Origin: the human T2T-CHM13v2.0 reference genome, Homo sapiens
Reading direction: 5' to 3' (one strand)
NCBI RefSeq assembly: GCF_009914755.1
Contig: NC_060926.1
DNA length: 64,000 nucleotides
Shown here piece by piece: positions 1 to 24,280 of the stretch. Within the stretch, counting starts at the first letter, position 1. The number at the start of each line of letters is the position of its first letter. The notes beneath the pieces are model-generated. The model did no database searches and was not told where the DNA came from. It saw nothing but the letters and a program-made list of their open reading frames with translations. Made by a program: the position numbers and the translations under genes.

Positions 1-60
1 CAGCCTAGGCAACATAGTGAGACTTCCCCATCTTTATTTTATTAAAAAAAAAAAAAAGGA

Positions 61-136
61 GATGTTGAAGATGAAGAAGAAGAAGAAGAAGAGGAAGAAG
101 AAGAAGGAGAAGAAGAAAGGAATGAAGGGAAAAAAG
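61..136 (+). repeat. (GAA)n / purine-rich simple repeat after an Alu fragment tail (1-58)
   Basis: gaagaagaagaagaagaggaagaag... Confidence 0.85.
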
Positions 137-352
137 GTATCTATAAGGAACTTATAAAGAAATTTACAAGAAAAAAACATTAAAAAGTGGGCAAAGGACA
201 TGAACACTTTTCAAAAGAAGACATACAGACAGCCAACAATTAAACAATCACACAAAAAAAGCTCAACGTCACTGATCATTAGAGAAATGCAAATCAAAAC
301 CATAATGAGATACCATCTCTCCCCAGTCAGAATGGCTATTACCAGAAAGTCA

Positions 353-723
<371 letters not shown>

Positions 724-1439
724 TTAGTTCAACCATTGTGGAAGACAGTGTTGCAGTGAGCTGAGATCGTGCCATTGCACTCCAGCCTGGGCGACAGAGC
801 AAGAATCTGTCACGAAAAAAAGTTAAAAATAACTGATGCTGGTGAGATTAAAAAGAAAAAGGAACACTTATACACTGTTGGTAGGAGTGTAAATTAGTTC
901 AACCATTGTGGAAGACAGTGTGGTAATTCCTCAAAGATGTAAAAACAGAAATACCATTCAACCCAGCAATCCCATTACTGAGTATATACCCAAAGGAACA
1001 TAAATTGTTCTATTATAAAGACACATGCACGCATATGTTCATTGCAGCAATATTCACAATAGCAAAGACACGGAATCAACCTAAATGCCCATCAGTGGTA
1101 GACTGGATAAAGAAAATGTGGCACATATACACCCTGCAATACTATGCAGCCATAACAAAGAATGAGATTATGTACTTTGCAGGAACATAGATGGAGCTGG
1201 AAGCTATTATCCTTACCAAACTAATGCAGGAACAGAAAATCAAATACTGCATGTTCTCACTTATAAGTGGGAGCTAAATGATGAGAACACATGGACACAT
1301 AGAGGGTAACATCACACACTGGGGCTTATCCAAGGGTGGAGGTGGGAAGAGGAAGAAGATCAGGAAAAGTAACTAATGGGTAATAAATAGGCTTAATACC
1401 TGACTGATGAAATAATCCACACAACAAATCTCCATGGGG

Positions 1440-1706
1440 GCAGGAGTGGGGTAATCCCAGCACTTTGGGAGACCGAGGTGGGAGGATCACTTGGGGCCAG
1501 GAGTTCAAGACCAGCCTGGCCAACACGGCAAAACCCCTCTCTACTAAAAATACAAAAAATTAGCTGAGCATGTTGGCGCACCCTTGTAGTGCCAGGTGCT
1601 AGGGAGGCTGAGGCACAAGAATTGCTTGAATCCAGGAGGCAGAGTTTACAGTGAGCCGAGATGGCGCCACTGCACTCCAGCCTGGGTGACAGAGTAAAAC
1701 CGTCTC

Positions 1707-1746
<40 letters not shown>
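1440..1746 (+). mobile_element. Alu with (CA)n microsatellite tail (1711-1746)
   Basis: Alu body followed by ~18 CA units. Confidence 0.9.
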
Positions 1747-1747
<1 letters not shown>

Positions 1748-1819
1748 CTCATGACACAAGTTTATCTACGTAACAAACCTGCACATGTAACCCTGAACTT
1801 ACAAGTTAAAAATAAATAA

Positions 1820-2241
<422 letters not shown>

Positions 2242-2249
2242 CATTCCTA

Positions 2250-2680
2250 TGTCTTTTGAAGAATGTATCCTCCTTTCCCCCAACATGTGCTTCTGGTGGG
2301 GTTATCAAATAAACCCAGGCCCCGAGACCACATGTATGCACCGGTGACCCAATCCTAACCAAATGGGAATATCTTATTTTCATGGCCATATTTACCAATA
2401 CAAAACAGAATAGGTAACCCGACATGGTCCAATAAGTCTCCTTCTGTAGGAGAGTGAATGAAGTCAACACACAGATAGGCTGAGCCAGAGTTGTGGAGGA
2501 TGAGGGATGTAGATAGACAAAGAGAAACCTGGAGGGCAATTGCATTTGAGCCACTAGATATGGCAGCCAAGTTCACCTTTTAACTTTCCAGGGACATAGG
2601 TCAAACAATTGCCTTTTGTGTTTAAGCTTATTTGAGCTGGGACTCTCTAACGTACAACTAGAAGAGTCCTGACTAATACA
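2250..2680 (+). mobile_element. old MaLR LTR (MLT1-like)
   Basis: 3' end ...gagtcctgactaataca typical of MLT1. Confidence 0.55.
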
Positions 2681-2758
2681 ATGTCTAAAGAAAGACTATT
2701 TCAACTTTGAGGAGGATTGGTAAGCACTGTAATCTCACAGCTCTGAAAAGCAGTATAC

Positions 2759-2799
2759 CTTCAGTATTGTCCAGGAGAATGGCTGTCACAGACATAATC
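2759..2799 (-). other. candidate internal exon (41 nt) of minus-strand transcript
   Basis: Acceptor ccatttccactacag|, donor GAAG|gtatac, in non-repeat sequence. Confidence 0.3.
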
Positions 2800-3074
2800 C
2801 TGTAGTGGAAATGGAATCACTAAGTCTTTAAGATCAGCCAGCTAATTTCCCTTGATCTAATTCCCAGGGCACCAAGAAGCCTCTGATTATAAATTGCCTA
2901 CCCAGGTAGAATTGCCTAGAAAGACAGTAAGCAATCAACAAGAATATCCAGTATACTCAATACTTGTTTCGTTCATTTTTAAGCAATAAGTTGTCAATGC
3001 TCTAAAATCAGATCACTTTGGTGAATGCTAATATTGAATTTTCTGAACCTAGAAAGGCCTCAAACCAACATAAT

Positions 3075-3295
3075 CTAGTGGTTAAAATATAGATTCTAGC
3101 ACCAGACTGCCTGGAGTTGACTCACAGCTCTGCTACTAGCTGTGTAACTTGGGTTGAGTTTTTTAACCTATCTGTTCCTCATTTTCTCATTGATAAAATG
3201 GGACTATAATAGTTACTACCTCATAGGGTTGTTAAATGAGAATTATATGCATTAATACCTATGAAGGAATTAAAACATAGTAAATACTGTATAAG
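3075..3295 (+). mobile_element. MIR
   Basis: MIR core (tctgttcctcattttctcattgataaaatggg...acctcatagggttgtt). Confidence 0.75.
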
Positions 3296-3845
3296 TACTT
3301 GAAAAAATAAAATAAATATACTAAGGTGAGGAAGAGACCTGGAATGTGGTATCCACTCCAGGGAGACTGAATGACTGCCTCTCTAATACACGAAGAAGTT
3401 TAGAACCTCTTTCAATTATTGGCTTACATTTCTAAGTGATGGGCTGAATTCTAAACTTCTAGAGGACAGGAAGGTGCCATACTCATCTTTATGTTTCTAA
3501 TGCCTGGGACTTGATAGGCCCAAAGAGACAGAAAGTACCCTGTTCGTGAAATCCAAAGATAGGGGTTGAATCTTCACTATACCGCCCAGTGTTTTTCCTA
3601 GAACAATTTGGTTAACCTCCCTGACCCTCATTTCCTGCAGCAGCAGTAAAATGAGAATAAGAATACCTCTCTCAATTATTGTGAGGATGAAAGAAGATAA
3701 TAATTTAGGGAAGTATCTGGGATGTAGTACATGTTCAATCAGTATGGGTTTCCTTCCAATGTTAAAGTTTATAGTTATATAAATATTTTTCATATTATTC
3801 AAATAAAGGAGCATATATTCATTTAAGCATTCTATGACAAAATAC

Positions 3846-3891
3846 CTTTGCTGCGCTTATAAGGTCAGCTGTTAGCATCATGACAATAATG
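3846..3891 (-). other. candidate internal exon (46 nt) of minus-strand transcript
   Basis: Acceptor tattttcttaaag|, donor AAAG|gtattt; one open frame IIVMMLTADLISAAK. Confidence 0.35.
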
Positions 3892-3911
3892 CTTTAAGAA
3901 AATACATAAAA

Positions 3912-4200
3912 GGCTGGGCGTGGTGGCTCATGCCTATAATCCCAGCACTTTAGGAAGCCGAGGCAGGCAGATCACCTGAGGCCAGGAGTTCAAGACCAGC
4001 CTGACCAACATGGTGAAACCCCGTCTCTACTAAAAATACAAAAAATTAGCCAGGTGTGGTGGTGCATGCCTGTAGTCTCAGCTACTCGGTAAGCTGAGGC
4101 AGGAGAATCACTTGAACCCAGGAGGCGGAGGTTGCCGTGAGCCAAGGTCACACCACTGCACTCCAGCCTGGGCGACAGAGCGAGACTCCATCTCAAAAAG
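3912..4200 (+). mobile_element. AluS
   Basis: Full Alu, TSD aagaaaatacataaaa. Confidence 0.95.
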
Positions 4201-4544
4201 AAAATACATAAAACATAAATGTATGACTTTTTAGGGAAATGATTTCACTTTCTGAATCCTTGGCCAGGACTTTTAACTTTAAATGAGATAGAATCAGCTG
4301 AGATACTGGTTGGTATACTAGTTATTAAAAATCTTCCTTACAGGGCATAGGAAAATAAATTCAAATATATTCACTTCTTTATACATTCAAAATCTATTTT
4401 GATGAGCATCTATTATGAGCTAGGCACTTTGCTAGAGATTAACTACGCATTTTCTATGTTGAATCTGCAATGAACATAATTTGCATCTTCTTTAGCTTTA
4501 GTTCTTAACAGATGACATGTTCAAATTTCTTCAGATGCTGATTA

Positions 4545-5145
4545 CTCATTCATTCATTCAATATACATTGAGATCTGTTCTATCCCAGTCACTCTGCTAG
4601 ATGCCGGGGACATAATAGCAAACAGACAGATAAGGCCCCAGCCACCATGGAGCTTACATTTCCACTGGGGGAAGGGAAGGAAAAGAAGTAAAATAATTAC
4701 AAACTGCCATGAGTACAAGAAGGGACACAAAAAAGGAAGAAAGATGTACAATAGCAGGGGAGGGAGCAAGGAATATTCCATCAGGGTGCTTACGGAAGGT
4801 CTCAAGGGCAGGGATGATCCTGGTTCACTGCTATGAGGGGCACGTAGAACATGCCTGGAACACTAGGCACTCAATAAATGAGTAAGGAGATAACACATAA
4901 GCTGAAACCCAAGATTGGCAACCATTCAAGGAGAAGAGCATTCCAGCCAGAGAAAACAGCACGTACAAAATCTCTGAAGTGGAGAACTTGGAATGTTTGA
5001 GGACTTGAAAGAGATCAGTGTGGCTGGAGCAAAGTGATCAAGGAGGGACAAGAGTAGGAAAAGATGAGGTTGGAAAAACTGACAAGGACCAGCCAGATTA
5101 TGCCGGGCCTCAGAAGCAATGGTAAGGAGTTTGTAGTTTATATAA
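4545..5145. mobile_element. L2 remnant
   Basis: cattcattcattcaa terminus and typical L2 motifs. Confidence 0.7.
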
Positions 5146-5329
5146 TTTTTTAAAAAATAAACAGAATAATTCTAGTAACATGGGTATAACTAAAGGGAAA
5201 TATATTCACTAACCCAGACACTACAGATGCTTTTATTTTTTTTTTTCAAGTTAATCAACCTCTTTATTGGAAGACAGGGCAAAATAAATAAAAATCTTTG
5301 TCTTTCACTTCTGGCTCAGATTTGGCATT

Positions 5330-5550
5330 TCTTTTTTTTAAGTTTTATTTTAAGTTCAGGGGTACATGTGCAGGTTTGTTACATAGGTAAGCTTGTGTCA
5401 TGGGGGTTTGTTGTACAGGTTATTTCATCACCCAGGTATTAACCCTAGTACCCATTAGTTATTTTTCCTGATCCTCTTCCTCCTCCCACCCTCCACCCTC
5501 TGATAGGCCCCAGTGTGTGTTGTTCCCCTCTATGTGTCCATGTGTTCTCA
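5330..5550 (-). mobile_element. L1PB/L1MA 3' end
   Basis: ggggtacatgtgcaggtttgttacataggtaa...tatgtgtccatgtgttctca. Confidence 0.9.
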
Positions 5551-5552
5551 TA

Positions 5553-6266
<714 letters not shown>

Positions 6267-6557
6267 TATATTTCTATGACTTGTGACTGAAGTTGACAAG
6301 AGAAGGATCATGAAGATGTACTTGATGGAATTCCAGGCATGTTAGCATAGTTCTTAGTAGGTCTTAAAATGGAAATAAAACTCAAGGCTTTATTCTGAGA
6401 ATTTCTTCAAGCCTCTTTGTTAAATTCACATCAGCACTAGAAAAGTACACAATATCTGCATAGATTTAAACAACTTTTAATCCGATTCAAAAAGGAGGTA
6501 TGATAAGATCCTTAGGATTTGGGTTGTGGAAATAAAGTATTAATAATACTCTCTCTT

Positions 6558-7157
<600 letters not shown>

Positions 7158-7451
7158 GTACTCTCTCTTTAATTGTCTTTAGGGGCACTTCATAGAGCCA
7201 CCTACTTAGATAACCCATAAATATCCCCAAATTGCATTCCCTACCTCAGTTTATGGACATATAAACTGAAACAGGAAAAAGAACAAACTGGAATAGGTTG
7301 AATATACATTTTTTCCTTCACCTCTATTGACCCTATCTGTATTTCTTCCACTATCAAAGGCAACAAACAAAGGGAATAAATAAAGCCCTTCTATGATAGG
7401 TAAGACTGTTAGCCCAGAATGATTTGGGACCATAAAAGCAGGTTGAATTAC

Positions 7452-7520
7452 TCTGACTGGAAGGTGACAACCAATCTGATCTGACCCTTCATCTTTTTCC
7501 ATCCTCCAGATCATAAAAAT
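7452..7520 (-). other. candidate internal exon (69 nt) of minus-strand transcript
   Basis: Acceptor atatgtttag|, donor AGA|gtaatt; open frame IFMIWRMEKDEGSDQIGCHLPVR, phase 0/0. Confidence 0.35.
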
Positions 7521-7635
7521 CTAAACATATAACTGCAATAAAATAGGAACACCATTTGGAATTACTGTGACAATTGTTATAGAGATTAACATTTTAATTG
7601 AAAACTTCCTATGTGTAAAAATAGCTTAAACAGGA

Positions 7636-8017
7636 TGTCTTAGTTCATTTTCAGTTTCTATAACAGAATACCATAGACTGGGCAATTTATAAAGAAAAGA
7701 AATTTATTTGACTCATGGTTCTAGAGACTGGGAAGTCCAAGAGCATAGCACAAGCATCTGACAAGGGTCATCCCATGGAGAAGAGTGGAAGGTGGAAGCA
7801 AGCACATTAGACAGAGAGACAAGATGGGGGCCAAACTTATCCTTTTAGCAGGAGCCCACTCCCACAACAATGAACCTACTCTTACAATAATGGCACTAAT
7901 CCATTCATGAGGGCTCTTTAATCACCTCTTAAAGGCCCCACCTCTTATTTAATAATATCATAATGGCAATTAAGTTTCCAGCACATGAACTTTGGGGGAC
8001 CTATTCAAACCACAGCA
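7636..8017 (-). mobile_element. MaLR solo LTR (MST-like)
   Basis: tgtcttagttc...ttcaaaccacagca termini. Confidence 0.8.
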
Positions 8018-8888
8018 CAAGGGATAAGAGGAAATACCAGATGCGAACTAGTTCATTCAAAAGGAATTAATAGTTTTTGCTTTTAAAAAATTCAAATCAA
8101 TTGCACCTTCTGGTATTACTCTGTAACAAACACTTAAAATACATTATATCATGTTATCCTCACAGCAACCCTTGAGGTCAGTTTTAATATTTCCATTTTG
8201 TAAAGGAGTCTTAGAGAGGTTATTTACCCAAAGTCACACAAATGATACCGTTATAATAATAATGGCAAAGTCAGATTCAAACCCAAGCTGACAATTTTTC
8301 ATCATTTTATAAATAGACATAACACCCTCAATAATTATTTTACATCACCTTTATCTGAAATTAGACAGCTCATCAAGGGCTCTAAATCAGATGCTTAACA
8401 GCAACCATCTTGTTTTGAAAACCATCCTATTACGTTTGTATAGCATTTGTCACAAAGTGTTTTCATTGGATCTTTAACACATCCTCTGAGGTAGGCAGGT
8501 GGATGTTATACAATAGGAAATTGAGGTGCTGAGAGAGGCAGTCACTGCCCCAGGGTAAGGCCAAGTTGGATTCTCACAGCTCTCATCTCTATGTTGAGGA
8601 ATCTCTGTTGTGCTGTGAGTTGCGTGTGTCTACGTCAGGGCCCCACACTGGGCTAGAAGCTCTTTGAGGGCTGGTCCTGCCTATGTCCTATTTGTGACCC
8701 AGATGCCTAGCCCAGTGCTGAGAGCCCATATAGAGTTATGTCACTCCATAAACATTCTAAACAGCTTTATCAAGGTATAAATAATTATGAAATAACACGA
8801 AATATGTATATTGGTCTCTACCCCTGGATCCTGACAGAGTTCTTAAAACCCTTGTCAATAGGGACACTAGGAGAATCTTTTGTTTTAA

Positions 8889-11200
<2,312 letters not shown>

Positions 11201-11348
11201 ATAATATTTCATTTTTAAATAATTATAGAGTCATACGTAGTTGTAACAAATTATACAAAGATTCTGTGTACCCTTTACTCAGTTTCCCACAATGGTCACA
11301 TTTTACAAAACTGTAGTAAACTATCACGACTAAGAAATTGACATTGCT

Positions 11349-12305
<957 letters not shown>

Positions 12306-12721
12306 CTTAGAACATTTTAAAATTTCCCTCCTCATCTTCACCTGCCTGATTTATTACTTAACCTTTAGTCCTTCCCTCATCTCAATACATGGTGTTCCAT
12401 GACACACTGTACTTACCTCATCACCTATCATACTCTACTGTAAAATCTTATTTAAATGTTTCTTGCTCACCAGACTGTATCCTCAACACCTAGCACAGAG
12501 TCTGGCACAGAATAGGCACTCAATTTATATGATGACTGAATAAATTCCTTAATTTTGACACTTTAATAGATTCAACTGAAGCAATATCTGTACAGCCATA
12601 GGATATTTAGAAGGAAATGCTCCTATGTACTAGAAATAAGAAATGAAAACATCAAGGCAAGGATCTCTTGATTGATAGGTTTAAGGAAAAATACATTAAG
12701 GTTTTTTTAGTTAAGATTTAC

Positions 12722-12769
12722 TCGGAAGTTTTTGTGTTTATTGCAATTCATTTCAACCAAAACACCACA
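12722..12769 (-). other. candidate internal exon (48 nt) of minus-strand transcript
   Basis: Acceptor attatttcag|, donor CGA|gtaaat; open frame CGVLVEMNCNKHKNFR. Confidence 0.4.
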
Positions 12770-12869
12770 CTGAAATAATGATGGACAACAAAGGTCAAGA
12801 ATTCAAGTTGATTAAAAACAAACAAACAAACAGAAAACTTGACCTTTTTTTTTTTCAATAATTGCTTCA

Positions 12870-13211
<342 letters not shown>

Positions 13212-13912
13212 TCAGACTAAACACCCCAAACCACAAGACTATCTAACACAGCCAAGCCTGGAAAACAACTCTTTGACTCACATCTGGCCAGATGTTGAAA
13301 TCTGAACATATTTGCTTGTAGAGGTCTACAAATCATAGTCTAAAATTTCAAAACAAAGAAAAAAACTGTAGAAACCTGAAGTTTTTCATAAGTTCGTGGC
13401 AAACTCATTTAGCAGCAAAATCTGACCTGAACAGATGTGTATCTGTTTCTAGCCTTTGTTTATCCTACTTATGGTTAATACTAATGCATTTTTTGCATGC
13501 ATATTTTGGTTTGATTACAAGATTCTGCTCCAGATCCTGCTGGGCTGTTACAGAATATATGGGATATGCATTATATTCCTGTCTAAAATCCTGATAACTC
13601 TCAGTTCTGAAACACATCTGGCAAGAAAGAATTTGGATACAGGATTATGTCCCTATGCTAAGAATGAGATATGAATTTCTCTTAATCTCTGTTATCTAGT
13701 CTACTCTAAATATTTATCCAAATTATACCCTCTGTTATCTTATTGTTTTGTATGTGAAAATCAGTCTTGAAAGTAGTTTTCTTCATTTTATCTATTTTAA
13801 TATCAGTTGAATGTGTTGGAAATTCAGTGTTCCTATTCATATGTTAGACTTTCTTTTTAAATCAGGTTATAGGAAATTCTATACTTCTTTGGGATCCTTG
13901 TGGCTCACTTAC

Positions 13913-13973
13913 ATCAGATGAATCATCGTCATCCTCATATGAATCATCGCCAGAACAATTTCAAAGCATAGAA
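13913..13973 (-). other. candidate internal exon (61 nt) of minus-strand transcript
   Basis: Acceptor ttttatag|, consensus donor GAT|gtaagt; CpGs retained in AT-rich context. Confidence 0.5.
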
Positions 13974-14326
13974 CTATAAAATATATCTAGTGGATAACAT
14001 TATTTTGGAATGCATTTGGAAGATTAATGTCACATTTAAAAGCCATTGACATTTGGTAGTCTCAACAGATGAAAGCCAAATTTTTGCAGATTAAGATGTG
14101 AAGGGGGAATGACAAACTGAAATTATTGCAAAGAGCAAAAAAAAAAAATCCACCTAAAATATATTTAGGAATGAACTGAACAAGAAATGTATGGATCTAT
14201 GTGAAGAAAATGCTACTGGTAAACTTTAAAAGAAAACTTGGGTAAATGGAGGACCACATGTTTTCAGGTGGCATATTTAGTTTCAAAACAAAGAAAAGTC
14301 AGTCAGGTGAGCTTAAATTGAAAGGG

Positions 14327-16040
<1,714 letters not shown>

Positions 16041-16400
16041 ACAATTGTTTTTTAATTTGACAAAGTTTAAAGTTACCATGGAAGAAATAATATATCTCTG
16101 GAGAGGATGGCAGGGATATCCTCTGCCATCCTGGGAAGAGCACAGATTTATACACTATTGGTAATGTTCTAGGTTAGGTTGAGGTTGGCTTCATATTATT
16201 ACGCTTTTAAACTTACATATATTACAAAATTCTATTTTATGTGTATTAAATATATTTTTAAGGACAATTCTTAAAGACTAGTAAGCAGAGATTTATCCCA
16301 TCAGAAATTTTTAAATCATCTAAAGGTATGTTAAAACAGTATTACTGCCCAGCAACAGATAAATCAATGAGGCAGAAAAAGTACATACGGACATTTAGTA

Positions 16401-16567
16401 CAGTCATCCCGTGATATCTGTGTGCGACTGTTTCCAGGAACCCCCGCGGATAACAAGTCCATTACATAAAATGTAGTATTTGCATATAACCTACCCACAT
16501 CCGTCCTCCTGTATACTTTAAATCACTCTAGATTACTTATAATACCTAATGCAATGTAAATGCATAG
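16401..16567. mobile_element. MER2-like Tigger fragment
   Basis: tatttgcatataaccta...ctctagattacttataatacctaat. Confidence 0.7.
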
Positions 16568-16619
16568 CATTTGTGCTGGGATTACAGGCGTGAGCCACTG
16601 CACCCGACAAATTATTTTT

Positions 16620-17400
16620 TTAAAACTCTAAAAATGCTAGAAGAAAATACAGGTAACCATGACATCAAAGCTAGAAACAAAGGAAATGACTCATTAGACA
16701 TATCTACATAAAAATTAAAAACTTCCTTCAGTAAAAAAAAAAAAACAAAAAACCATAGGTGATATTAAAAGATGAATTTGAAAAACAGGAAAAATATCTG
16801 TAAATATCTCAATCATAGGTTAATATTTCTAATATACAAAAAGCACTTGTAATTTCTAAAATGTGAATATTTCATTTTAAAAATATTTCTAACATACAAA
16901 AAGCACTTGTAATTTCTAAAATGTGAATATTTCATTTTAAAAATAGGCAGAAGTCATGAACTAGTAATTCACAAAAATAGAGCCAATAATTATATGAAAG
17001 ATGTTCAGTTTTACACTTAGGCAACAAAATGCAAATTAAAACGAGTCTTTTTTAAAGAGATGATAAAGATCACGAAGACTGACAATATCTAAGATTAGCA
17101 AGGAGATGCAGAGAGCATATTCCTTCTCATACTGTTAATGGAAAAGTAGTAAATAGGTTTCTAGGGGAGGGTCTGGTAATATCATTTAGAGTCTTACAAA
17201 CGTGCATTTTCCTTGATCCAGTAATTTTATTTCTATGACTTTATTGTAAAAAAATAATCAGGGACATGTACAGATTTACATATAAGAATATTCATCTAGG
17301 ATTGTAGACCTGAAAAGCTGTCAATACCTGAAAAGTCCAACAACTTAGGGACTGGTTGAACAAATTATGATATCCATACAGCCATTAAAAATGATTCTGT
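16620..17400 (+). mobile_element. ancient L1M(E) ORF2/3' remnant
   Basis: A-rich, degenerate L1 motifs (aaaatgcaaattaaaac; aacaaattatgatatccataca). Confidence 0.6.
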
Positions 17401-17819
17401 AGGCTGGACCCGGTGGTTCATGCCCACAATCCCAGCACTTTGGGAGCCTGAGGTGGGAGTATCACTTGAGCCCGGGAGTTCAAGACCAGCCTGGGCAACA
17501 ACCCCATCTCTTAGAAAAAATATATATATATATAAATATAAATATATATGTAATTATTTTAATTTACCTGCAAAGACATTACTGGGAGATAACGCGCTTA
17601 CGTTTTTCTGTTTTAAAAAACCAAACACCTTTACGTGTATGTATGAAAATTCTAAATTTATGTAGCAATATGTTAATAGTATTATCCACTGTGGCAAGAA
17701 TGAGAGTTTAAGTTTCTTTTATAAACATGTATGTACTCTCGAACTACTGCTGCTATTACAGGGAGCAGGCATTTTTTAAAAGCACTATTCTTCTTACAGT
17801 CAGGAAATACAGGACACTA

Positions 17820-18850
17820 TTACTTCGCGGGGGAAGACGGGCACTGGGAAGAGTCCACGCCGGCGAAGGCAGGCGAAGACAGGGCTCGCTGACGCCCCCG
17901 GTCGCCCGCGCCTCTTCCCACAGCTCTCCGAGGAGCCCAGCTACCGGAAACACGCCACATCAGGCCTCGGGAATTCTGGGCATCGGACGGACAGCTCGTG
18001 ACCTCAGAAGGAGGAAAACGGTCACCTTCTGAAAGAAACACGAACTCCTCTTTCCTGTATCAGAACATTTCTCATTCACCTGAGCGCGGCGTTTCTATCC
18101 TGAGATGTTGGGAGGAGGTTCGAGGTGGGCGGGGTGACGGTTTTCTCTTGGAAATGAAAAACAGCCTTTCCTGCTACCCCTGCCCGCTCACACAGGCGAG
18201 ACTTGGAGTCTGCCCCGCGGAAAGCCGTTTCTATGGGTGACGACGTATGGCAACGCGTCTAAGGGAACGTCGGCGAGTCGACTATTGTGTTCCCAAAGTC
18301 GCCCTGAAATGAGGACAGAAGTTCGGGGGAGCCGGGGGCGTAGAGTAAAGGCACGATCTGATTGGCCCGCGGCCGCGCAACGATGGGCCGGACGGGGCAG
18401 AAGTGTGGGCGAGCTGGGGCGTCACCGCGCGCCGGGTAGTCTCTCTCACGCCCTGGCGGGTGCGCAGGTCTCTAAACTGGGCGGAGCAAGGGAAGTGATG
18501 TGTGGCCTCCGGAAGGACGCGCGTAAATCCTCACCCATAAGTAACGAGTCGCCGTGGTCAAACAAGGCCCTCCTACGATACCAATCGCGTGGCGGGTGTG
18601 GCACTGCCGAACCCGAGGAATGAGAAAGGAGGCCCGGCAGAAAGTTCGGATCAGCTGCCGGCCGTTCTCGGCGTAGCCTAGGGCGGGGAGGGATTGACTC
18701 CCCGGAACATCCCGGGGTAAAGACCTCGCATAACAGCGAAACCGCTGAGGGACTGTTGTGTGGCGAGGCCTTGGAGACAGACAGGCCCACACACTCCCTT
18801 TCCTCGTGAGGGTCACCGACCTGCCTACTTGGGAACGACATAGACCTGAC
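17820..18850. promoter_or_regulatory. CpG-island promoter
   Basis: ~1 kb GC- and CpG-rich non-repeat sequence; GC boxes (18127, 18681), CCAAT (ctgattgg 18358, ccaat 18581), ETS-like ggaag/ccggaa motifs; minus-strand donor CAG|gtgaat near 18080. Confidence 0.85.
18227..18268. promoter_or_regulatory. cluster of RFX X-box-like motifs
   Basis: gtttctatgggtgac, gacgtatggcaac, cgcgtctaagggaac resemble the X-box consensus GTNRCC(N)ATGGYAAC. Confidence 0.55.
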
Positions 18851-18889
18851 AGTTGTGTTTGGGGGTGGAGGTTGATGACCAGTTATTGA

Positions 18890-22740
<3,851 letters not shown>

Positions 22741-23409
22741 TTATTTTTGGTGAGCTACCATTTTCATTTTTAGAGAAACAATTCTTTTTCACTTATACTT
22801 AGCTAAATTTTCTGATATGAATAAAATTGCATATTTGTAATAAGAGTAAGAGTGACATACACAGATTTAGGAAGAAACACAAACTTTCCTGGTAAGCAAA
22901 AAACTCAACTGGTGAGAGGAGAAGTGCATGGGCCTATTAAGAAGTAGCCTACAAATTTCCTATAGCCTGCAATGTGCTGCACGTTCTATGTGAATTTGCT
23001 TTACAGAGGGAATGAGCAAGATTGATTAATCCAGGGTTAGATAAGTGGCCTCTAAAGTGAGCTTCTATTGCTCCACTATTTTTCCAAACTCCCAGGGTAC
23101 AAACTCTCATAGATATATGTGTACTTGGATATAGGAGTAAATTCATAGGATAAACTTCTAGCTTTGTACCTTTCTTTCATTTGATTAAACATTATGAAAT
23201 ATGTACTAAATGATGAGCCCTGTTCTAAACCCTCAGGATTCAAAGATGAGTAACACATGGTTCCTGCTCTTGAAAAATTTCACTATAGCAGTATAATTCT
23301 CAAAGCTGCTCAAAGACACAATGACTACATATGGACATGTTAACAACAGGGCCACCAACTACAGTGTATACGTATGAGTCACCTGGGTGCCTGTAAAAAT
23401 ACTTATTCC

Positions 23410-23838
23410 CACTTTACTTCTGTGAACCTCCTCCCTAAAACCCATATCTAATCACAAGAAAAAGACAAATTCCAATAAAGGAGAATCCTACCTGACCAGG
23501 GCTTCTCAAAACTGTCAATATCATCAAAAACAAGGAAGGTTTGAGATAATGACATCATCCAAAGGAGCCTAAGACAACATGCCACCTAAATGTAAACATG
23601 GTACCCTGGACAGGATCCTGGAACATAAAAAGGAGACTAGGTAAAAAGGCAATCTGAATAAACTATGAACTTTAGTTAATAATAATTTATCAATATTGGT
23701 GCATTAATTGTAATGAATGTTCCATGAATGTAAGATGTTAATAGTAAGGGAAACTGTAGTGGGTAGGGAAGGATTTGGGAACTATACTCTCTGCTCAATT
23801 TTTCTATAATTCTAAAATTGTTCTAAAAAATAAAGTTT
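23410..23838 (+). mobile_element. L1MB/L1MC 3' end
   Basis: ctgaataaactatgaactttagttaataat...gggaactatactctctgctcaatttttc. Confidence 0.7.

Positions 23839-24280
<442 letters not shown>

Noticed and set aside
13913-13950. C/D snoRNA-like words (gatga...ctga) on the minus strand
   Set aside because: No full RUGAUGA box C or terminal stem; better explained as an exon with a GTAAGT donor and an 11-bp internal repeat.
17820-18850. Assigning a gene symbol to the CpG-island gene
   Set aside because: I could not match the candidate exon peptides to any gene I recognise; genome mapping is needed.
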